This document shows positions 8,091 to 14,685 of a DNA stretch of 15,583 nt, piece after piece. The position numbers and the translations under genes were made by a program. The notes under the pieces are model-generated. The model ran no database searches and was not told the DNA's origin. It saw only the letters and a program-made list of their open reading frames with translations. Source of the DNA: Candidatus Vampirococcus lugosii (GTDB taxonomy: Bacteria > Patescibacteriota > Gracilibacteria > Absconditabacterales > Absconditicoccaceae); contig NZ_JAEDAM010000019.1 of NCBI RefSeq assembly GCF_018420025.1, forward strand, positions 1 through 15,583, written 5' to 3'. Each line of letters opens with the position of its first letter. Position 1 is the first letter of the stretch.

Positions 8091-10847
8091 TTAAGAATTA
8101 AGTATTGAATCGGCTCTTTTGAAAACACTAAATAAAGTTCATATACAAATATCTTTTTTTCACATAGGAACTGGTAATGTAGCATTATTTTCTTTATGTT
8201 TCATAATTCTGTGAGAAGTAGAGTTTTGTCTATCTTCTTCAAAACCAAATTTTTTCAATATTAAAACCATATCATTTGAGGATAAATCTTTTCTGAAATA
8301 TTTCAAAATATTATCATAATCTACTGTATTATCTTGTAATTCATTAGAATTTTTTTCTATTATTTCATCTATTGAAAAATATTTATTAATTCCAAACAAG
8401 AAATTAAATAAATTATGAGATATATTTGATAAATTTTTATTAAGTAAATCTTGATTAATATTTTGTGAACAGAATAAATCTAGTAAAAAATTAATTTTTT
8501 CTTCATCAATAGATTTTATAAAAAAATCAATATTATACAAAGATAAAAAATTTTTAATTATTAAATTATGATTTATAATATTTGATAAAAAATTTATATT
8601 TTTTATATTGACAAAAAAGATATCTAATTTTTCCAAATTTAGATTATTCATAATATTTTCAAAATAATACCAAATTCATCAATTTGAATTATTTTCAGAA
8701 TCTATATATTTCAATAATCATCTATTTTCCAAAAATGATAATATTTGAAAAAAGTTATAATATCAATTATTAATATTATCCAAGTTTTCAATTATAGAAT
8801 GAGTATCAATTTCATAATTTTGTAATATATTATAAATATTTGATATAATAGAATTATTAGTATTATGATTATCAATTGAATATAAAAAATCACTTAAACA
8901 ATTACAATCATCAAAATCATAATTCAATATAAATTCTTCAAAAATGTATTTATTACTAAAATATTTATTTATAAGTAAATTCATATTAATATCATCTATA
9001 TTTGAACGAAAAGCTAACTTATAAAGAACTGAAAATAAAATACTGTAATCGTTTTCATTATTTTCAAAAAAGCTTTTCCAAGTATTAATTTTTATTGAAT
9101 TTTTTCAAAATTTATTTTGTATATATAAATAATCAGAAAGTTTATCTTTTTGGTATTTAAATATTTTGCTTCTATTTTGATATTCATTTTCTATATTGTA
9201 AGAATTTATAATTTTATCAAAATAATTATTAAATTTATTAATATTATTTATAGTTTTGAATATATCGTTTTTATTATTTTCATAATAATCTTTAATTTCA
9301 TATACATATTTATCAACAGTTTTTTTATAAGTTGGATCAAAAAATTCTTCAAAATTTTGTAATTTAGATATATTTCATTTAATTTTCACTATAGCTTGTA
9401 CAAAATTTATAACTTCAGTTTTATTTTGTAGTTCAAATATTTTTTCAACTAAATTTATGTTATATGATAATAAATTTTTGATAAAACATAAATCAGCATC
9501 CAATAATTTAACTATATTATTAAATCATAATCTATTATTAATATTTTTATGTATAAAATCTAAATCCAAAAAATACATAAAATCTAATATATAACTTCAA
9601 TATGAATTAAAAAAATCTTGATTTTGAATCAAAAAATCATAATCAAATTTTTCAAATAAATATTTTTTATCTTCATTTGAAAGTGAATTAAGAAATTGTA
9701 AATTTAATAAAACTTCATCTTTTTTTACAAGTTCTAAAATATCATCTTTATTTAATATATTTCATTTATTATACATTTTATAAAATGATTTAATTTGCAT
9801 ATTTGATATATTTAAATCATTCAAATTTCATATTGAAAATATAATTTCCAAAAATTTTTTATCAAAATTATTTTCATAAAAGAAAATAAAATTAGATTCT
9901 ATATAATCTTTATCATCAAAAAAGGATAATAAATTATTATAATATTTATTTTTATTAAATAAATCTTTTATATAAAAAGAAAATCTATCAAAAAATTCTT
10001 GAGATATATAAAAATCTCTAATTCTTTTCTTTTCATAATTTAAAACGGCAGTAGTAGGACAGTTTTTGTTCCAAGAAATTAAAAAATCACATATATCATT
10101 ATAAATTATTTTTGGTAAAGATAATTTTTTATTAAAAAGATTGTAAAGCTGATCTATTAAAATATTGTTTTTAGTAAAATCTATATTTGAAATAGCAAAA
10201 TAATCTATTATATATAATATATCAATATATTCATATATTCATATTTTATCATTATTTATAAGACATATATCTTTTAGTTCATCTGAAAAATTAGAATAAT
10301 TTCTTAAAAAATTTGGTTTTTTAAATTTGAAAATAAATTTATCATCATTATGTACATTTCTGTATGAAAATGCTAATGTTCTATTCAAAGAAGTTAACCA
10401 ATAACAAAAAGACAAAACAATATCAAATATTTCAGAATTTCATTTGTATCTTATAATATCTTCTTCATAATCAATATCAACTCCAATATTTTCCAAAAGA
10501 TTTAAAAAATCTTTATATTTATTAACAAAAAATTCATAATATTTATCATCAGATTTTAATATATTAAACATATCATTACATACTTCTATCAAATCATCTA
10601 CTCATCATACATTAACCATTTTAGTCATATATCAAAAATTTCTTATAGAATCAAAAAAAATTCAAATATTATTTAAATTTTTTGATTTTAAAAAAGAAAA
10701 AAATTCTTTAATATTTTCATTTTCAATAATATTTTCAACATCATCTCAAACAGCAAGAAACATTTCATGTGCTATTTTTTTTAAATTATCGTTATTATTC
10801 TTTATATTATTGATATTATTTACAGGAATACTATTTTCTAAGCCCAT
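8091..10847 (-). CDS. Large (918 aa) uncharacterised cytoplasmic protein with a complete C-terminal HicA (mRNA interferase toxin) domain
   Basis: ATG 10847-10845 with an in-frame TAA five codons upstream; stop TAA at 8093-8091. I checked every codon on the plus strand for tta/cta and found none. The track ORFs 8160..8651 and 8763..8984 are in-frame fragments of this CDS. The last ~60 aa (MVLILKKFGFEEDRQNSTSHRIMKHKENNATLPVPMGKKDICIGTLFSVFKRADSILNS) match the HicA consensus (...L.k.GF...rq.GSH......vtvP.h..kdl..gtl..ilkqag). Confidence 0.85.
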
Positions 10848-10883
10848 ATTTATTAAATATTAAATATTTAAATTAAAATATAA

Positions 10884-10911
10884 TATATAATTACTAATAA
10901 TAAAAAGTCAA
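10884..10911 (-). promoter_or_regulatory. Candidate sigma-70 promoter for the HicA-fusion gene
   Basis: On the minus strand, TTGACT (10911-10906), a 16-nt spacer and TATATA (10889-10884), about 35 nt upstream of the ATG. Matches like this arise easily by chance in AT-rich DNA. Confidence 0.4.
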
Positions 10912-11088
10912 TATAATGTTTTTTGATTTTTGTATGATTATATTTTTTAATATTTTATTTAAATTGTTTTTAATTGAAACGATATATTATAAAAAAAATA
11001 AAAAATCTCTTGAAGATAAGGAAAAATTAATTATATAGATATTACTTTAATTATCAAAAATTTATTTATTAAAATTAATTATTACACA

Positions 11089-11346
11089 ATGGCGGATAAA
11101 GTTTTTTTTGGGAATGTGAAAGAGATGACAAATAATTATTGAACTATGTATAGTATATGAATAACAAAAGAAGATCTAGACAAACTTGTGTTTAATGAAA
11201 AATGATGGGCAAATATAAGTTTAAAAAAATCTAGTAAATGAAATTGGTATATGGAAATATATAATCCTCAAGATAATAATAATACACAAAAAACATCGCA
11301 AACTGAAGTAGTAAATGAAGAAGAGGATGAAGATTTACCTTTCTAA
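11089..11346 (+). CDS. Small (85 aa) beta-rich protein with an SSB-type acidic C-terminal tip (...EEEDEDLPF)
   Basis: ATG 11089, TAA 11344-11346. Sequence: MADKVFFGNVKEMTNNYGTMYSIGITKEDLDKLVFNEKGWANISLKKSSKGNWYMEIYNPQDNNNTQKTSQTEVVNEEEDEDLPF. It has four in-frame TGA codons. The tail matches the bacterial SSB C-terminal tip (D-D-D-I/L-P-F). Confidence 0.75.
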
Positions 11347-11422
11347 AGAGTAGAGTGGGTAATTATAAGAGTGGATTTAAATAAGATAAAAGTAATTAAG
11401 TTTATAAAAAAAGTATTTTGAC

Positions 11423-11450
11423 TTGACAAATTATTAAAAATGTTTATAAA
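11423..11450 (+). promoter_or_regulatory. Sigma-70-type promoter of the GC-enriched RNA island
   Basis: TTGACA (11423-11428, in a tandem ttgacttgaca context), a 16-nt spacer and TATAAA (11445-11450) preceded by TGT. The predicted transcription start is around 11456-11458. Confidence 0.55.
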
Positions 11451-11455
11451 GTAAA

Positions 11456-11818
11456 TCCCTTGTAAGCTTCATATTTGGAGGCAGTCATGTTAAGTATTAG
11501 TCTAAATTCGGTTAATGCCAGAAACAAGGATTTTACTACATTTGTTTATGAGTATCCTTTGGATATTTCTATAGCAAGTATAGAGAAATTCTTGAAATTA
11601 AGGACATTTAGGAAAGTAGAAACTTGCTTTCTTTCAAATGAAGGCAAGCCTTTCTTTTCGGGTGAAAGGATTTTACTTGGCAATGATACAAGTGCAAGGA
11701 TACTAACAGCTATAACGGGAATTTATCCAAAATTAAGGGAGATTCCTATCGTGAAATCTAATCACTAGAATTTCTCATTTTTTCTTTTCTTCCTATGAAT
11801 TTCATAGGAAGTTTTTTT
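11456..11818 (+). ncRNA. Probable structured non-coding RNA of ~360 nt, class unresolved (RNase P RNA considered but not demonstrated)
   Basis: The segment is clearly more GC-rich than the flanking genes and has its own promoter and terminator. Long-range complementarity: 11456-11461/11735-11740, 11474-11479/11726-11731, 11504-11514/11713-11724 and 11551-11559/11696-11704 (9 bp). Local hairpins lie at 11565-11588, 11636-11657 and 11675-11693. The embedded 93-codon ORF has flat GC across codon positions (about 32/38/28 percent by my count), uses AGG for Arg and never uses TGA for Gly, unlike the neighbouring genes. Confidence 0.5.
11789..11818 (+). terminator. Rho-independent terminator
   Basis: Perfect inverted repeat cttcctatgaa (11789-11799) / ttcataggaag (11801-11811), followed by seven T (11812-11818). 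Confidence 0.85.
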
Positions 11819-11859
11819 ATAAAAAAAATATATTAATATTTAATTAATATATTGTCAAA

Positions 11860-11947
11860 CGGTGAGGATGGGATTCGAACCCATGGTACAAATAAATTGT
11901 ACACATGTACTCCAAACATGCGCTTTCGACCACTCAGCCACCTCACC
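11860..11947 (-). tRNA. tRNA-Ser (anticodon GGA), class II with a long variable arm; no encoded CCA
   Basis: The reverse complement is GGTGAGGTGGCTGAGTGGTCGAAAGCGCATGTTTGGAGTACATGTGTACAATTTATTTGTACCATGGGTTCGAATCCCATCCTCACCG. The acceptor stem is GGTGAGG/CCTCACC. The anticodon stem is CATGT/ACATG with loop TTGGAGT. The variable arm has a 6-bp stem. The T arm is ATGGG-TTCGAAT-CCCAT. The discriminator is G, followed by TTT. Confidence 0.95.
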
Positions 11948-12133
11948 ATCAACTTAATGTATAATAAAAATTTTACAAAATACAAGAAATAATTTAATAA
12001 AATCACAATTTAAAAAATGATTGTATAAATATGTAGAAATAAAAATTAAATAAATTTGTTGATTTTTGAAAAAAATTAAGTATATTATAAGAACTATAAT
12101 AAATTTATCATATAAATATTAAAAAAACAAATT

Positions 12134-12463
12134 ATGGATAACATAAATAAAGCTATAAACTATAATTATAAATTTGATTGAATAACTGAAGTTCTTAAAA
12201 ATGATATAATTGATCTTGTAAATAAAAATATTAATGGTAAAGTTAATTGATATTTGAAAAAAATATTAGAAAAAAAAGACTCAAAAGTACATATTGATAT
12301 GGATATTAAAAAAAATAAACAAGAAAAATATGAATCATCATTTAGATTTGATTTAGATTGAAAAATTATTGTTTACAAGAATTCTGTTCCATTCAAAAAT
12401 ATTAATGATCTAATAAATCATGCATTTGATCATCTAAAAAGAGAAATATCAGATTCAAAATAA
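12134..12463 (+). CDS. Ribosome hibernation/ribosome-associated inhibitor (HPF/RaiA/YfiA)-like protein, 109 aa
   Basis: ATG 12134, TAA 12461-12463. The predicted beta-alpha-beta-beta-beta-alpha layout and the C-terminal helix NINDLINHAFDHLKREIS resemble the HPF family (...MYaAID...dKLerQl.K). This assignment is from pattern recall only. Confidence 0.6.
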
Positions 12464-12497
12464 TTTTTTTTTATCAATATAATTTAAATATTTAAAT

Positions 12498-12965
12498 ATG
12501 TCAAAAAAAGTAAAATATCTAACTCAAGTAGGTTATAATAAGTTACTAAATGAACTTGATGAGTTACAAAAGGAAAAACTTCCTGAAGTTTTGCAGAGAT
12601 TAAAAGAAGCAATAGAACAATGAGATATTTCTGAAAATTCTGAATACGATGATGCTATGTCTGAAAAAGATTTAGTAGAGGTTAGGATTAATGAAATTAA
12701 ATGAATGCTTGAAAATGTAGAAATAGTTAAAGAATGAGCTACATGATGAATTATTAAATATTGATCAATAGTGCATCTTAAAGATGAAAATTGAAATGAA
12801 TATAAATTTACTATGGTTTGAACTTGAGAAGTGGATATATTGGATTGATCTATAAGTTTTGATTGTCCAGTATGAACTGCTATTGCAGGTAAAGTAAAAT
12901 GAGATAAAGTAAGTGTTAGATCGCCTAGGAAAAGATATGAAATGGAAATTATGGATGTTAAGTAA
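12498..12965 (+). CDS. greA: Transcription elongation factor GreA, 155 aa
   Basis: ATG 12498, TAA 12963-12965. The N-terminal coiled coil reads LTQVGYNKLLNELDELQKEKLPEVLQRLKEAIEQGDISENSEYDDA. The C-terminal domain reads ...ISFDCPVGTAIAGKVKGDKVSVRSP. The invariant G of GD(L/I)SEN is encoded by TGA (12621-12623). Confidence 0.95.
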
Positions 12966-12994
12966 AATATAAATATTTTTTATGTTAATATTTA

Positions 12995-13025
12995 AGTGTA
13001 GTTTAAAACTACACTGATTTTTGTT
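12995..13025 (+). terminator. Rho-independent terminator after greA
   Basis: agtgtagtt (12995-13003) pairs with aactacact (13007-13015), followed by gatttttgtt. Confidence 0.7.
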
Positions 13026-13068
13026 ATTTAATAATGTTGTATTTAATATATTTTTAATAAAAAATATT

Positions 13069-13536
13069 ATGATTTCAATAGTTGTTGCAATGTCATTAAA
13101 TAGAGTTATTGGAAATAATAATTCTTTGCCTTGGAATGTACCAGAAGATTTGAAGAATTTTAAGAAAATTACTTCAGGTAAAACTGTTATAATGTGATAT
13201 AAAACATATCAATCTATATGATTTCCATTAAAAAATAGAAAAAATATTATATTATCAAAAGAAAATATTAAAATTGAATGATGTTATATTTTTTTTAGTA
13301 TGCAAGAGATTATTGATTATATAAATCAATCTGATGATAGTGAAATTATGGTTATATGATGAGAAAGTGTTTATACTCAATTTATAGAAAGAAATTTAAT
13401 AGATAAAATTTATTTAAGTCTTATTCCTCAAGTTGTTGATTGAGATAAATATTTTCCTATGTTTGAAGATAAATTTAAATTAGTTTCTGAAGATACTAGG
13501 CAATGATATATATTTAGAGAATATTTAAGAAAATAA
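13069..13536 (+). CDS. folA: Dihydrofolate reductase, 155 aa
   Basis: ATG 13069, TAA 13534-13536. [63 protein letters not shown] and IMVIGGESVY match the DHFR signatures. The conserved Gly residues are encoded by TGA (13195-13197, 13357-13362) and the Trp of PW by TGG (13132-13134). Confidence 0.95.
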
Positions 13537-13593
13537 TTTTTTTACTTAAATCAATATGAGTTTTTAAAAAGTTAAATATTTATTTGCAAAATA

Positions 13594-13629
13594 AAAAAAG
13601 ATATATATTATATAGTGTATATCTTTTTT
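13594..13629. terminator. A-tract/hairpin/T-tract element; possible bidirectional terminator after folA
   Basis: aaaaaagatata (13594-13605) pairs with tatatctttttt (13618-13629) around a 12-nt loop. The stem is AT-only, so support is weak. Confidence 0.4.
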
Positions 13630-13683
13630 GTTTATATTTAAAAAAATATATTAAATAATATTTATAAATTATAATTAATAATA

Positions 13684-14001
13684 ATGGACTATAGTACTAA
13701 AAAAGAAAAAATTATTGAAATTTTGAAAACTTATGAAAATAAGGAATTTTGTGATTTTTTTATGAAAGATTCTGATAAAATGTCGCCTGAAGATATAAAT
13801 GATATATATGTATGTCTTACGGTAGATGATGAAAATGCTATTAATGAAATAGTAAAAAAAAGAAATGAAAGATTTAGTGAATTGATATCAAGATTGGATT
13901 TGTTGGATACAAAAGTTAGGAGGAAAATATTGAATCATAAAGAACAAAAAGAAAACAAAAAAGATATGAAAGATATTGAAAATTTATTTGATAATATATA
14001 A
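13684..14001 (+). CDS. Hypothetical acidic, glycine-free protein, 105 aa
   Basis: This is the only track ORF that is intact in the standard code, because the protein contains no Gly at all. ATG 13684, TAA 13999-14001. The C-terminus is rich in charged, helix-prone residues. Confidence 0.7.
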   Translation: MDYSTKKEKIIEILKTYENKEFCDFFMKDSDKMSPEDINDIYVCLTVDDENAINEIVKKRNERFSELISRLDLLDTKVRRKILNHKEQKENKKDMKDIENLFDNI

Positions 14002-14004
14002 ATA

Positions 14005-14490
14005 ATGTGATTAGAAAATAAAGATGTACAATTAGATGATAGAGATTCCATAAAAGAATGATTAGATATGGAAGAATATCAATTATCTGAAAATACGAAG
14101 TTTATGCAAGAATTATATAAAAGTGCTGTTGATAAATTATGAAAAATGGAAGATAAGTTTTGAGAATTAGTAGAAAATGATGAATATAACGATTATGATT
14201 GAGATGTTGATGTTATAAATCCTAGAACAGAGTTTGAACAGCTTGCAAGTGAATTTATGCAAGAACTTCAAGAAATTCAAGAAATTAGATCTGAAATGGG
14301 AATAGCTGGTCGTATTAATTCGGAGATAAGTAATGTTTTGTATAGATTAAATCCTATGAATGCATTGTGAGAAAAAATTGATCATGCTATTAGTGGTTGA
14401 GAAAAAGGTTCAGATAATTATATGGCATTTAATAAAGTAGTTCAACAAATGTTGGATGCTCAGGAGAGAGAATTACAAAACTTAGAATAA
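14005..14490 (+). CDS. Hypothetical acidic helical protein, 161 aa
   Basis: ATG 14005 lies one codon after the previous stop and in the same frame; TAA 14488-14490. I checked the frame codon by codon, and the eight in-frame TGA codons read as Gly. I recognise no family. Confidence 0.7.
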
Positions 14491-14598
14491 TTAATGAAAA
14501 TAATTTTTATTTTTTATGATTATGTGTTTTATTAAAAATATTTGTGTATAAGTTGCTTATATTAAAAAATAAATTTATGAAAAAAAACAATTTTTGTA

Positions 14599-14627
14599 TT
14601 GACAAATATAATTAATTTATATATAAT
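14599..14627 (+). promoter_or_regulatory. Consensus sigma-70 promoter upstream of the secreted Cys-rich protein gene
   Basis: Exact TTGACA (14599-14604), a 17-nt spacer and exact TATAAT (14622-14627), about 58 nt upstream of the ATG at 14686. Confidence 0.6.
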
Positions 14628-14685
14628 ATATTTGGAATTAATAATTTAAGAATTAATTATATTTATATAATGAAAAATAATAAAT

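Noticed and set aside
9150-9362. Track ORF of 70 aa on the + strand (I/F-rich)
   Set aside because: It is antisense to the verified 8091..10847 minus-strand CDS, and its first codon is TTG. It is an artefact of AT-rich sequence.
11505-11531. Resemblance of GGUUAAUGCCAGAAACAAGGA to the 3' half of a TPP riboswitch (CUGGAUAAUGCCAGCGUAGGGA)
   Set aside because: There is no CUGAGA element upstream. The flanking stem (UCGG/CCAG) does not pair. No thiamine gene lies downstream.
11475-11768. Track ORF of 97 aa (or 93 aa from ATG 11487, preceded by GGAGG) as a protein-coding gene
   Set aside because: This rejection is tentative. The ORF has flat GC across codon positions. It uses AGG for Arg and GGN only for Gly, unlike its neighbours. 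No other gene here uses a Shine-Dalgarno sequence. The region also has extensive long-range complementarity. The alternative is kept open in the findings, because an ORF that fills the promoter-to-terminator interval is unlikely to arise by chance.
14005-14019. Shared N-terminus MGLEN between the 161-aa ORF and the HicA-fusion protein (10847-10833)
   Set aside because: Only five residues match, the Gly codons differ (TGA versus GGC), and there is no similarity beyond that. This is most likely coincidence.
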